DNA from: Macrostomum lignano | Taxonomy: Eukaryota | Direction: 5' to 3' | Length of the DNA: 64,000 nucleotides | Assembly (NCBI GenBank): GCA_002269645.1 | Contig: NIVC01002245.1 | Location: 62,001-126,000 of the forward strand | In this document: one piece after another, positions 25,619 through 38,519 of the stretch | Numbering within the stretch: position 1 is the stretch's first letter | Layout: every line of letters starts with the position of its first letter | Made by a program: the position numbers and the translations under genes | Notes under the pieces: generated by a model | Database searches by the model: none | Told to the model about the DNA's origin: nothing | What the model saw: the letters and a program-made list of their open reading frames with translations, nothing else

Positions 25619-26778
25619 TACAATAGAGGCCAACAAGTGGATCAATGCAGCAAACGAAGAATTACATATGCACATGTAAGAAAGATTGTACATGTAAGTT
25701 CGCCCAGCTCCCCCTCCCCATGTATAGCCAGGTAAATTCAACTATAATTTAACTTACGTACATATACTACTGTACGTACATATACATAACCTTTATGTAA
25801 CGGCAGCTAGCTATTTTTTATGTGTATACATGTACCTGTATAGTATTATTACAACACACTTAACATTGCTCGAATATCGAAACCATCCATTATTGAATTA
25901 TAGCCTCTTGGAGTATGCAGGTGCATGTAAATTCTGCCGCTAAACTCACACACGTATACTGATCCAAACGAAGCTATGTGCAGAACTGAGAGTTCAAAAT
26001 GTTTTGAACCTTAATGTACACAAAACAGCGATAAAGTACGTATGCGTGTGAGATATGCAGCGCAGCCCAAGTTCTGGTTCGCATGAAATGTAAAGTCTGA
26101 AATGAAATGCAAAGACTTACATGTAAATGTACGCTCGTATGCCTCCACACGAGCAAAAGTGTCCAGCAAAATTGGATTGGATATTGGTCTATTGACCAAT
26201 AATTGACCATGTTATTGACCACATATATGTATATAGTACATGTAATTATTACACCAATTCTGATAGATGACTTCGATCTACATGTACATAAAGACCTGCG
26301 CGCTCCTTCACCACGCGTCACTCGACACCTGCATGTATAGCACCTATTTTATAAGAGTTAGATTGCTCACTGTACATGTACATGTCTTTCAAGAGTACCA
26401 AGAGTACTACCCCCTTACATCCTCTAAGAAAATAAAGAAACAATTAGCAAGAAAAATTTGCACAAAGAGGAAAATTAATTGATTTCGATCGTAATTAGCT
26501 TAATAGCTTAATCTGTTCGTTGTTTTTCGACAACGGAGTATATAACTTATGAACAATTGGTACCTTGAATTGTGTGCATAAATTAGCTGATTCATTAATA
26601 GACCAGCAATTCAGCGCACTTAGAAAGTTTTAGATAACGAGTACTTGCATGCACTAATTTCTAGTAAAGCAAGCTTGAGTTCAAAAAGTTTCAGAGTTCA
26701 AAGTTCGTCCTACGTGTAGAACTGACAGTAAATAAATATTCTTTCTATTACACTTTTTAACTTTAAAGATGACGTTTT

Positions 26779-27892
26779 TTAGACCACCTGCAGCATCATC
26801 CGCATCGCACGGAAGGCCTTGTAGCTTCCAATGCAATACGAGGCCATGTAGGAGGAACCGGGTTGAGTACACACCGTTCGGGTTGATCCTCAAGCAGCTG
26901 CTCCACCAGAAGCCGCCGCACCCATATTTGGTGCTGCAGCTGTAAGAATAAGCGTCGTTGTCCCTGTCGAAGGTGGAGAACTGACTGCCTCGATGGTGAG
27001 ACAAAAAGTCGCAGTTGATGGTGGAGTTGGCGCTGAGAAAGCTGCCGTAGTTCATCCTGTAGTTCGTACTGGAATTCCCAACGGTGAAGCCGAGCCACTC
27101 GAACGTGTAAAACTCTCCGTCGAAAGTCAGGATCTCGATTCGCAGGTTTCTGGGGCTGGTCATGGTCATATTGTGGATGCTTTCGAGGCCTGAAATGAAG
27201 GAACAACGATTGACTTGAGCCGCTTTCTTGCCAGCAGTAATACAAGATATACAAAAAGCAAAAACATTACAAATGCTCGTGTGTTTCATCAGGGCTTGAA
27301 CTCTCTCGAGTCCAATTTGAACTCACCAATCCAAAACTCGGTGGCAGTTCCAAACCCGCTGGCAAAGTCACCCCAGGTCCTATTGAAGGTAACTTCTCCA
27401 GACTGTCGCTGCTGGAACACCCAGAATGTCCGGCTATCAATCTGCTGCTGGTATCCGGGACTTTTGACCGGAAAGACTGGAGTTGGTAAGACGCACGGCA
27501 TTATGGAGGGCATGCGTGCTGTTTAATGGTATTTGATTTTACGCTTAAATGCATGAAGATAATTGAAAAGGTAATCAATGGACATGTAACTATAGCTAGC
27601 TGGAAGATCACCAACTGGTTTAATATTAATATAATGTTAATTGTAGTACTAATGAAATAAATGAACATGAGCGGAAACTTACAAACAACCTCTCGCTTCC
27701 GGTATATAAAACCACACCTCCGGATCCGGCACAATCGGCTTTGCTGGACAGAACGCAGACTCCGTTGATGAAGCTGAACGACAGCCAGCCGATGGCCAGA
27801 GCGCATTTCATTGCGCATTCGATTTCACCTCGAGCGCTCACCAGGACAGTACGTGGAGCTAGCAGTACAGGTGGACGTCCCGACAACAGCAT
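26779..27892 (-). CDS. Fibrinogen-related domain (FReD) protein with N-terminal PAN/apple-like segment; frameshift near the C-terminus; 5' end unresolved
   Basis: PAN-like GEIECAMKC..SFSFINGVCVL (27892-about 27685). Exon 27518-27327 VFQQRQSGEVTFNRTWGDFASGFG..EFWIG. Exon 27189-26779 GLESIHNMT..LRIE..FSTFDRDND..C..GGFWWSSC..NPNG. A 1-nt shift near 26860 restores YKAFRAMRMMLQVV*. The PAN-exon junction phase is not resolved. Confidence 0.8.
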
Positions 27893-28469
27893 CGAACTCG
27901 GATGCTGTGATCGAAGGTAAAAGTTAACATGGCAGTCCCAGAATTACAGCAAAGTACATAAATGTATGTGTAGTATAGTAGAAAAATACTTGGCTTGTTC
28001 TCCAAAGAAATCCAAAGAAATTCTCCCCTAGCAATGAAGATTCAAACTGCTTGGCTGACCCTGAGACCCTCAGGACAATTTCTGAATTTAGTCCTGTCTT
28101 ACAACACTCTCATCGTCTTAGTGTTTGTATTGGCCGCCTGCGATGCGAGACGCTCTACAGCAGTCATTGATTGATGTACATGTATCTTGATTATTGATTC
28201 CTCTCTGGTCTATTGGTCCTTGAGGCCTCACGTCAATCGCGTGAGCACTCTTGCAGATCCAGCAAGGCAGGGGTGTAGGGAGGGGGATGGGGGATAGATC
28301 TCCCGACACCCATGTCGCATTTCTTTATGGCTTAGATAGCCAAGAAATGCACAGAAAAAACGGCTTAGAAAGCCAAATCGAGCAGCTCGGCTGCACTAAA
28401 TGCATGCTTTTTTTGGCTTCACATCACATCACATTTAAAATACATCGGATGAAACGCTTATCATCCTTA

Positions 28470-29146
28470 CATTAACCGTCGCAACGACGAGTGCGTATTG
28501 GCGCTTCGTCGCTGCTGGGGCTTTTCGCCGATACAGAGTCCAGCTGAGAGGAGCAGCTGCCGCTGGTGGTCCTATCCTACAGCTCCAGGGGTCCACCCAG
28601 CTCAACCAAGGTGGCACCGCCGACGATGATGACCGGCCGCGACCCGCAGCTCCCGCCGCAGTTCCAGAGCAGCGAGCGGCAGTTCGGCATCAGCATACAT
28701 GCACATGTACTCAGCACTGCTGGAGCGGCGGTTGGCCCATTATTTGCGAGTTCGTCAAAGAGGAACCTGGTAGCCGCCGGGCCGCAGCAGCAGCAAAAGG
28801 CGGCTCACGACAAGAAGGCGGCGGACCTGCCGCAGTTCCCGCAAAACGCCGAGGTGCTGCTCAGCATCGAGATGCGGCGCTCGAAGCTGGCGCCTACTGC
28901 ATAGGAGCCGGGCTGGACGGTGCTTGAGCAGCGCGGCCACTCAGTGTGCATCCGCCGCGCCTTCGGCAGCCGGTCGGTCCGCTGCATGGGTGCATGTGAA
29001 CCGGCTGCACAGGCGGTTAGCAGCTCAGCCCGACACCGAGCAGCTCCGACAGCCGCCCGGTGGCCCACGAGGTCGCGCCGGAGCCCCGCCAGGCCGAGCG
29101 GTGGTACCCGAAGTGGGAGCGACGTCCTCCGGACTTCTTTCAGTGT
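28470..29146 (+). mobile_element. Older degenerate Gypsy integrase C-terminal relic (host of the nested insertion)
   Basis: LPLVVLSYS..ST..TGRDPQLP..QQKAAHDKK..EVLL..KLAP..WTV..WVHVNRL..ERRPPDFF match integrase C-terminal/GPY-F region motifs; stops and frameshifts present. Confidence 0.6.
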
Positions 29147-29389
29147 TGTGGCGGCCAGACTGGTGCACGGTTGAGAGCGGGGCCCGCCTGTGCACAGGCC
29201 CCTGCACGCCTGGCTGCTGGGGAGTTTTGCACAGCCAGCCAGTTCGCTCTGACTCTCACCTCCCTATTCTCTCAAGTATAAAGACTATGCTTAAACAAAT
29301 ATACACAAGATCTTTTGCTCGCTTGCTGCTTTTCAAGCTTCCACTCGCAAGCCGCTTCATTGGTGAGCCCTACGCAGCCATTTCGTGCA

Positions 29390-30100
29390 ATGGCCCAACA
29401 AACCGACTCTGCTGTGTCCCTGAAGCTGCCCACGTTTTGGGCGGCCCAGCCTCGAGCCTGGTTCATCCAGGCCGAAGCTCAGTTTACCCTGAGAGGCATC
29501 ACTCAGGACGAGACCAAGTACGCCCATCTGGTCGCAGCTCTTGACCAGCAGACAGCAGAGCGCCTGCTCGATGTGCTCGAGGCTCCTCCGGAGGCGAACA
29601 AGTACTCTCAGCTAAAGGAGCGCCTCAACAGCACTTTCGATTTGACTCCTCAGCAGCGGGCCAGTCGCCTGCTCAGCATGTCCGGCCTCGGCGAACGGCG
29701 GCCTTCCGAGCTGATGGACGAGATGCTCGCCCTGCTGGGGAACCACCGCCCCTGCCTGCTGTTCGATGAGCTGTTCCGCCAGCAGCTGCCACCGGAAGTA
29801 CGCATGGCCATGACAACCGTCAGTTTCGCGGACCCCCGGGCAGCAGCGCAGGAGGCAGACAAGCTCTGGGCCAGCCGGCCGCAGCTGGTGGCGGCTTCCG
29901 TCCAGCAGCCGGCGGCAGACCCAGCCCAGCAAGCCCAGCCGGCAGTCTTTGCGGCCAGCAAGGGCGCCAGACAGAGACGGCCCCAGCAGCACCGCCAGGA
30001 CGACGGCCTGTGTTTCTTTCACCGTCGTTTCGGTGCGAAAGCCCGCCGCTGTGAACTCCCGTGCAGCTTCCAGGGAAACGGGCAGGCCGGCCGTCAGTGA
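29390..30100 (+). CDS. gag: Gypsy gag
   Basis: [51 protein letters not shown]; C-terminal [18 protein letters not shown]. Confidence 0.9.
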   Translation: MAQQTDSAVSLKLPTFWAAQPRAWFIQAEAQFTLRGITQDETKYAHLVAALDQQTAERLLDVLEAPPEANKYSQLKERLNSTFDLTPQQRASRLLSMSGLGERRPSELMDEMLALLGNHRPCLLFDELFRQQLPPEVRMAMTTVSFADPRAAAQEADKLWASRPQLVAASVQQPAADPAQQAQPAVFAASKGARQRRPQQHRQDDGLCFFHRRFGAKARRCELPCSFQGNGQAGRQ

Positions 30101-30117
30101 ACAGCTCGACGGCCGGC
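30073..30117 (+). promoter_or_regulatory. -1 programmed ribosomal frameshift signal
   Basis: Slippery G GGA AAC (30073-30079) in gag frame; 6-nt spacer; perfect 10-bp stem GCCGGCCGTC (30086-30095) / GACGGCCGGC (30108-30117); pol is in the -1 frame. Confidence 0.85.
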
Positions 30118-33100
30118 AACACCAGCAGCCTGCTCCTCATCCCGGATGTGCAGACGGGCCGGCGTTTCCTGGTCGACACCGGCGCCGAGGTCAGCATTTT
30201 CCCCGTCGCCGGTTCCGACGCCCGCCTGCACTCGCCAGGCCCGCCGCTTTTCGCAGCCAACGGCAGCCTCATCCGAACCCTCGGCACCCGCCAGCTCACG
30301 TTGGACCTCGGCATCCGGCGCTGCTCCTGGCCGTTCCTTCTGGCCGAGGTCTCCCACCCGCTGATCGGCGCCGACTTTCTGCGGCACCACGGCCTGCTGG
30401 TGGACCTGCCGCACCGGCGCCTCCTGGACGCCCGCTCGCTCGCCAGCGTGCACCTGCTGGACGGCGCGGGGCCCGGACTGCAACTCGCCCAGCCGCCGCT
30501 GCGGACCCGTACAGCCAGCTGTTGGCCGAGCTCCCCGCCCTCACCGAGCCCAGTTTCCAGCGGGCTGAGCCACGACACGGGGTGGAGCACCCCGTCCCGA
30601 CGCAGGGCCCGCCGGTCCATGCCCGCCCTCGCCGCCTGCCGCCGGACAAGCTGGCGGTGGCCAAGGAGGAGTTCCGGCTCCTGGAGCAACTCGGCATCGT
30701 TCGCCGGTCCAACAGCCCTTGGTCCTCGCCGTTGCATATGGTCCCAAAAGCCTCCGGTGGCTGGCGGCCCTGCGGCGATTTCAGGCGGCTAAACGACGCC
30801 ACGGTGCCCGACCGCTACCCGGTGCCGCACATCCAGGACTTCTCAGTGCGCCTAGCCGGCTGCTCGGTTTTCTCCAAGATCGACCTGGTTCGTGGCTACC
30901 ACCAGGTGCCCGTGGCCGCAGCCGACGTGCCCAAGACCGCCGTTACCACCCCGTTCGGCCTCTTCGAGTTCTTGCGAATGCCATTCGGTCTCAAGAATGC
31001 CGCCCAGGCCTTCCAGCGGTTGGTGGACTCCGTCTGCCAAGACCTGGACTTTGTCTTCGCCTACATAGACGACTTCCTGGTCGCTAGCCGCAGCCCGCAG
31101 CAGCACCTGGAGCACTTGCGGACGCTTTTCCAGCGCCTGATGGACAACGGCCTTATCGTCAACCCGGCCAAGTGCGAGTTCGGCCGCAGCGAGATCGACT
31201 TCCTCGGCCACCGGAACAGCGCCCAGGGAGCCGTGCCGCTGCCCGCCAAAGTCGACGCCATCGCCAGATTCGCACCGCCAGCCACCGTCAAGGGCCTGCA
31301 GGAGTTCGCCGGCATGGTGAATTTCTACCACCGCTTCGTGCCGCGCGCCGCCCAGCTGCTGCGCCCCATCCATGCGGCCATGGCCGGCAAGGAGAAGTTC
31401 GTCCGGTGGACGCCCGAGCTGACCGCCGCTTTCGATGGAGCGAAGCGGGCGCTGGCCTCCGCCGCCATGCTGGCGCACCCGCGGCCAGACGCGCCCATCG
31501 CCCTCACCGTCGACGCCTCCGATACCGCGGTCGGGGCAGCGCTCGAGCAGCGGGTTGGCAGCGCCTGGCAGCCGCTCGCCTTCTTCAGCCGGCAGCTGCG
31601 CCCGCCCGAGCAGAAGTACAGCGCGTTCGACCGCGAGCTGCTCGCCCTGTACCTGGCGGTGCGGCACTTCCGCTATTTCCTGGAGGGCCGCGCGTTCACC
31701 GCTTTCACGGACCACAAGCCGCTGGTCGCCGCCATGTCCAAGATGTCGGACCCGTGGTCCGCCCGACAGCAGCGCCACCTGGCCTACGTGTCCGAGTTCA
31801 CCACGGACATCCAGCACGTGCGGGCAAGGACAACTCGGTCGCAGACGCGCTGTCCCGCTGCACGGTCTCTTCCGTGCAGCCCCGGCTGCTCCCTGGCGTG
31901 GATTTCGCGTCCATGGCCCAGGCGCAGGCGGCCGATACGGCCAGTCAGGCGGACGCCAGCCTCCAACTTGAGCCGCTGCAGCTCAGCCCCGGTGTCGCCC
32001 TGCTCTGCGACATCTCCACAGGCCGGCCGCGCCCGTTGGTGCCGCCGAATTTCAGACGCCCCGTCTTCGACACCATCCACGGCCTCGCCCACCCGTCCGT
32101 CCGCAGCACGCGGCGCCTCGTGGCCGCCAAGTTCGTGTGGGCCGGCATGAACAAGGACGTTAGCCGGTGGGCCCGGTCCTGTGTCGCCTGCCAGACGGCC
32201 AAGGTGCACCGGCACGTCGCCGCCCCGGTTGGCAATATCCGCGTCTCGGACCAGCGCTTCGCCCACGTGCACGTCGACCTGGTGGGGCCGCTTCCGCCTT
32301 CGCAAGGTTTCACGCACTTGCTGACCATCTTGGACCGTTTCACCCGGTGGCCGGAGGCGATCCCGATGACCGACACCTCCGCGGCCGCGTGCGCCTCCGC
32401 CTTCATCGCCCACTGGATCGCCAGGTTTGGAGTGCCAAGCGACAGCACCTCGGACCGCGGCTCGCAGTTCACGTCGCTGCTGTGGTCCAACGTCTCATGG
32501 CTCCTCGGAATGCAGCTCCACCGGACAACGGCTTTCCATCCGCAGGCGAACAGGCTGGTCGAGCGTTTCCACCGGCAGCTGAAGTCCTCCCTCATGACGC
32601 GACTGGCCGGACCAGCCTGGGTTAGCGAGCTACCCTGGGTGCTGCTCGGCATCCGGACGGCCCCCAAGGAGGACCTGCCGGCATCGTCGGCCGAGCTGGT
32701 CTACGGAGCGCCCCTCTGCGTGCCTGGCGAGTGCCTGCAGTTCAGCCCGCCGGCCGGCGACTACGAACAGTTCCTCGCCCGGCTCCGCGGCGCCGTCCAG
32801 GCATTCCGGCCGACGCCGACGTCCCGTCACGGCAGCCGCCCCACAGCTTGGCCGGCCGCCCTCGACGCCTGCCAGTTCGTTTTCGTCCGGCGCGACGGCC
32901 ACCGCCCTCCGCTGCAGCGACCTTACGACGGCCCGTTCAAGGTCCTCGAGCGGGACGCCAAAGCTTTCCTGCTGGACCTGGGCACTCGACGCGACCGAGT
33001 GTCAGTGGAGAGACTGAAGCCAGCCGTCATCGACGCGGTCGACCCGTTCCCGACGCCGGCCCTGCGACCGAGAGGCCGCCCGCCGCGGCTGCCCGCTGAG

Positions 33101-33200
33101 CCGCCCAGCGCACTCTGCCGCCGACCCCGCCTCTTCAGCTGGCGACTTTCCGCCGGCGGCCCAACGCACTGCTGCTTTCCCCAGCCGCCAATTGCCACCC
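30073..33200 (+). CDS. pol: Gypsy pol (PR-RT-RH-IN), reached by -1 frameshift, with two further 1-nt frameshifts (about 30485 and 31822); 3' end approximate
   Basis: LVDTGAEVS protease; RT YIDD; RNase [16 protein letters not shown]; integrase HHCC (HGLAH..CVAC) and VHVDL/SDRG/VERF; GPFKV. Confidence 0.9.
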
Positions 33201-33955
33201 CGCCGGTGCTGTCCGAGCCCGGCGGCCTTGGCCGAATAGCTCGGTGCTGGGGGGAGCTCTGTGGCGGCCAGACTGGTGCACGGTTGAGAGCGGGGCCCGC
33301 CTGTGCACAGGCCCCTGCACGCCTGGCTGCTGGGGAGTTTTGCCCAGCCAGCCAGTTCGCTCTGACTCACACCTCCCTATTCTCTCAAGTATAAAGACTA
33401 TGCTTAAACAAATATACACAAGATCTTTTGCTCGCTTGCTGCTTTTCAAGCTTCCACTCGCAAGCCGCTTCAGTGTGAGCACTGAGTGAGCTGAGAGTGA
33501 AGGACTGTCAGAGACCGTGAATGCATGCTTTTTAAAAGGTTCTGTGTTTCAATTTTACAATTCATATTGATGACGTGTTTATGTTTTTAATTCCCTCCGT
33601 TATTTTACCTGTTTCGCGGGTGGGGCGAGGTAGAAATGTACTGGTTTTATTCCATGCCTTATTGGCAGTTACTGAACTTGTATCATTGAACTATGACAAA
33701 TACTTTGCTGAATAATTGTACCGCTTTTAATGTACGATTGTACGTTCGCTCTCTATGTACATCGTTGACTCGCATATAGCCAGCACGCCTCACAGGGCCT
33801 TCGAATTGATTTTTGCACTGCCAAATACCGCGCGTTACAAAATGACAAACAATAATACTAATAGCATACTAGGCCTAAATACTATTAAAATTCACAATAT
33901 CACAAAATCACAATATCCAGTTAGACAAATTGCCCCAGTCACAATATCCAACTAA

Positions 33956-34217
33956 GGGCCTTTTCATATTGCTTGTTCTGGTTCCAGAACCAGAACCAAT
34001 TTGTGAAGTATAACTTTTTGTCTCCATAACTAGAGGGAGATACATGCTATAAAGTTTTTATTATTGAATGACAATCGCCAAGAAGAAAGTGAAAAATTGT
34101 GCTAAGTGAGGCTGTTAAGGCAGTCAAAAATTTAACAGAATTAAGTAGTTATACTGCTGTTTTTCTTGGAAGATCCGAACCGATTCTGATTCTGGAATTG
34201 GTAATATGAAAAGCCTC
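33956..34217. mobile_element. PIF/Harbinger (Tourist-like) MITE
   Basis: TAA TSD (33953-33955, 34218-34220); imperfect TIR GGGCCTTTTCATATT / AATATGAAAAGCCTC. Confidence 0.7.
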
Positions 34218-34224
34218 TAACACT

Positions 34225-34946
34225 CAAGGACCACTAGAAGAAGGACGGGACACTTCGTTTCTTTGAAAATTTACTAAAGACTGATTTTCATGGAAAAATG
34301 CACTAGCGAGATAGGAACGTTTCACTTTTTTCACTTTAAAATGGTAATAGCTTTTTATTGGAAGTAGATACAAAGCTCTTCTTTTGATTTAACTTACAAA
34401 ACATGTTGCTTCAACGGATTTTATAAAGATTTTTTACAATTAATTGATCTTCATATCATTTTAGTTAGGCCCTACTAGCTATATCATGCAGCAATTATAG
34501 TTTAAAGCAACTAGTGACTAACTTGAAAATTACAATATCTTTTTAATCGAATGCATATATTTATTAGCAATATATCATTAAAAAACAGTTGGCTATAATT
34601 ATATGCCCGATTCACTGCTTGTTCATTTTAGTTTTATACTTTTCATATAAAATAAGTATTTTATGTAGCTGTACCTTAGCTACACTAGCTATGCATATAA
34701 TTATAGCCAATTATGAATATCAATTAATTGTAAAAAAATCTTTATAAAATCCGTTGAAGCAACATGTTTTGTAAGTTATATCTAAAGAAGAGCTTTGTAT
34801 CTGCTTCCAATAAAAAGCTATTACCATTTTAAAGTGAAAAAAAGTAAAAAGTTCCTATCTCGCTAGTGCATTTTTCCATGAAAATCAGCCTTTAAAAAAT
34901 TTCCAAGAAACAAAGTGTCCCGTCCTTCTTCTTCTAGTGGTCCTTG
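34225..34946. mobile_element. hAT-type MITE with about 230-bp terminal inverted repeats
   Basis: CAAGGACCACTAGAAG..CTTCTAGTGGTCCTTG; 8-bp TSD CTAACACT (34217-34224, 34947-34954). Confidence 0.88.
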
Positions 34947-35635
34947 CTAACACTAACAGTGTTTTTGGTAGATTGGTATTGGTAATGGTAGATCGACTTG
35001 ATAGGCCTATATTAGGCCTATTGTATGTAATAATTGTTGGTTGTTGGATATATTATATTAGGTCTAGGCCTAATCAGATCTTTTCAAGATGTTATTGAAA
35101 ATATAACTATAGATCAGCTAGGCTTAAGAAATGTTCAATATATCCTATAGATTATAGCTAGGCCTTATTATATCATAGTACATAGTCTATATATCAGTTT
35201 TGACTATGCCCTATCCTATTGTAGGTGTCCTTTGCCTAGTTTACAAAAATAAATTTCTTTGCTATAGACATAGGCCTAGCTAGGCCTAGATATTTGTCAA
35301 ACATATAGGTATTATAGCAAATAATTTTTCTAAATTATATTTTTCTAAAGCAAAGAATACTAGGGCCTAACAATATAGGCATAGGTCTACAAAAGTAATT
35401 ATTATCTTTATAGGCAAACATATTATTTATTCTTTTTTAATAATTATTATTATAAATAGAAAAAAGCTAGACAAAAAAGTCTCAATAAAAATCCAACTAG
35501 TTTAAGTATCCTAATATTTGCAATAAAAGCTTGTTTATGTTATGTCACATTATGTTATAACATGTTATGACATGTTATCAAATAACAAGGCAACATTTTT
35601 CTACAATTTTATGTTATCTAGATTAAATTTAGATT

Positions 35636-35800
35636 ATCTCTCTACATATAAAAATCAAAACTCTGTGTGTGTGTCTGTGGACAATTTTGTTTGCTATGGA
35701 CTCCCAAACCGCCTGACCAAATGCCACCAAATTTTGCACCCGCCCTAAACTCATTATGGATAATGTCTTAGGCTACCTTAAAATTTCCTAAATTTGAGTC
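35636..35800 (+). mobile_element. Possible Helitron/Helentron-associated (HINE-like) 5' end
   Basis: ATCTCTCTACATATAAAAAT..GTGTGTGTGTCTGT..CAAACCGCCTGACCAAATGCCACCAAATTTTG resembles the typical 5' layout; 3' end not found. Confidence 0.35.
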
Positions 35801-36839
35801 TTCCCACCTAAAAGTGCAAAAAACTGCTCAAAACGCGCGATTTTTTCACTAAATCCTCCATAGCGCTGTTCCACTTCTACCGATCTTCTTTAAATTTGAC
35901 ACAGACAATTTTCAATTATTTTGACACAATTGTGTAAAATTTCGAGTCTCAAAGTTAATCCTGAAAGGCACCATGCACTTTTAAAGTTTGGCTGTTTTTT
36001 TCAGCGGGGCAGCCACCCACACCTCCGCCCGCCTGCCTCTCCTGATCTGGGCAAAGGGTGTGAGTAGGTTTTAAAATGCCTAACTTTCGGCTGCCATAAC
36101 TTTGCTCCACGTGAGGCGATTGGCTTCAAACTTGACACAATTCTTCATTGACTCATTCTCTGTCTAAATGTAAAGTCTCAACTCTGTATCTTAATCAGGA
36201 CAGAAACTATAAGCATGTGAAGTTTGTCTGCTTTTTCTGTTGTTTGTGCCGCTCACTTACTCATTCCCCCAGCCCAGACGAAGATTCAGGCGATAGGGCT
36301 CAATGTACAGTGTTTTGGAATCAACTTTTTAATAGCCTTCTCTGCACCCCCGCGAGTGGAGAGGCATGGAGAAGAGAGAGTTTAGCGAGAGATTCAAACC
36401 ACTGTCCTCTGAATAGACAAGTCTGCAGCAGTTAAACAAGGATGGCAAATCAAGGCAATGTGGGATGGTTTGTAAAAATAGCGAAAAATTAATGAATAAC
36501 TGATTACAATGCAATCCTACTAAATTAGTTACACCATGAAAATTTTAACATTAAGATTCGCATAAGGTAACTTTAAAATTTAAATGGCCTTCTAAGAAAT
36601 GCGTATTTCCTTGGTTGTTAGACTGCTGCAGACTGTGGTGGTGGAGCTGGAGAATGGAGATACACAAATTCCTCTCAGGGCTGCTAATTGGCCAGAAAGA
36701 TGACGTGATTAAAGCATGAGAAATGATAACAACCATGATGGTACTGCGTCCCATGATAGTAATTTTGAAGCAGGGATTGGCAGATTTTTATCTCAAAGGC
36801 CAGATAAAGAATCCAGCTCATGGCTGCGGGCCAGATGAG

Positions 36840-37603
36840 AGTGAAAAGGAAAAGTGGTGAGGAGAGAGCAGAGAAGAAGGGAGGAAGAAGCGAGAGGAGG
36901 GGAGAAAGGAAGGAGAGGAAAGAGTAAATTTGAGAAGAGGGGAGAGATGAGACTGAGGATCGATGAGAAAGGAGAGTAGAGAAGATTGAGAAGAGAGTAG
37001 AGATGAGAGAGCAGAAAGAAGATGACAGAGGGTCAAGAGGAGAGGAGAGATTAGAGAGGAGAGAGTAGAAAGGATAGAGAAGAGAGGAGATAAGAGGGGA
37101 AGAGAGGAGTGAGAAGAGAAGAGATAGAGATAAGAGAGTGGTGAAAGAAGAGGGGAGAAAGGAGAGATGAGAGAGTAAAGGGAAGAGGAGGAGAGAGGAA
37201 AGAGATGAGATTGTAGAGTTGAGACAGATGAAAGAAGAGATGAGAGATGAAAAAGGTGAGAGGAGAGTGCAGAGAGACGAGAGAAGATAATAGAGGAGAG
37301 AGAGTATAGAAGAGGGAAGAGAAAAGAAGATAGGAGTAAGGAAAGAGAGGAGTCAGAAGAGGTGAAAGAGAAGAGTACAGAGGAGATAAGTGAGAGAACG
37401 TATAAGAGAGTAAAGATGACAGATGAGAGAGCAGATGAACAGACGAGAGATGGGAGAGTAGAGAGAACAGAGGAGAGATAAGAGAGAAGAGATTACAGAG
37501 ACTAGAGGAGAGAGGAGAGACAGGGAGAGAGAAGAGGAAGTAGGAGAATGAAGAGGGGAGAGAGTAGAGAGGAGAAGAGAGATGGGAGAGGAGAGAGAGT
37601 GTG

Positions 37604-37665
<62 letters not shown>

Positions 37666-38110
37666 GGCGCCTCCAATCTCAGGCACGGACGCGGTACATG
37701 TAAAAAGGACAAACAAGTCAAGTTGATTAAAGTTGCTGATATTTCGAATTAGGTAAATTCTTCGTCAGGGCAAGTGAAAAGAGAAAAGAGAGAGAGAGAG
37801 AGAGAGGAGAGGAGAGAGAAAAGAAGAGGGAAGAGATGAGATAAGAGATATGAAAGAGAAGAAAGATGAGGGAATATACGAAAGAAGATGGGAGAGAGGA
37901 GAGAGGAGAGGAGAGAGAAAACGAAAAAGTAGAGAGGAGAGAGGAGAGCAGAGAGAAAACGAAAAGTAGAAAGGAGAGAGGAGAGGAGAGAGAAAAGAAT
38001 AGGGAAGAGATGAGATAAGAGAGATGAGGGAAGATACGAGAGAAGAGAGGAGAGAAGAGAGAGGAGAGACGAGAGACGAGGGATGAGAGAGAAGAAAGGA
38101 AACAGAGAGA
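36840..38110. repeat. Polypurine (AG-rich) low-complexity tract including (GA)n
   Basis: Direct reading. Confidence 0.9.
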
Positions 38111-38519
38111 CGATAGAAATTTTAAAGGATCCAAGGGACATAGGGATAGTCAGGGAGAGGCCAGAGTTTGCCAATACATGTTTTAGAGTCAGACAGACAT
38201 TGCCTGGCATTCTGTGGAGTACCCCAGCAAACAATATCAACGTTTACACGTTTACTCTAATTTTACACGAATGTGCTCCATTTTATGTCTACCTCTATCC
38301 TACTAACTATTAACAAGTTTTTGTTTGTGTATGGCCTTAGATTTCAGAATACATGCAAAAGTAGTTCCGGGGATTGGAATTCCCCGGGTTCAAAATCCGC
38401 GGGTTTCAACAGCTTGTGTATCTATATTTGCCTCTTATTGTTTTATATATTTGTAGGATCATTAGATACTATTAATACTTAATCATTAGATACAAATTTC
38501 TATAGTCATAATATATAGC

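Larger units (their letters stand above)
29147..33472 (+). mobile_element. Young full-length Ty3/Gypsy LTR retrotransposon
   Basis: 213-bp TG..CA LTRs at 29147-29359 and 33260-33472 differing at 2 positions; 4-bp TSD GTGT; PBS TGGTGAGCCC (tRNA-Trp-like with a mismatch); PPT-like GGGGGGAG at 33249-33256. Confidence 0.97.

Noticed and set aside
29612-33482. Many antisense and alternate-frame ORFs over the Gypsy element (and other GC-rich exons)
   Set aside because: Shadow ORFs caused by high GC at third codon positions; no recognisable motifs.
36818-38240. Leu/Ser-rich hydrophobic ORFs on the - strand (also 53136-53798 and 60527-60892)
   Set aside because: Translations of AG/CT low-complexity tracts.
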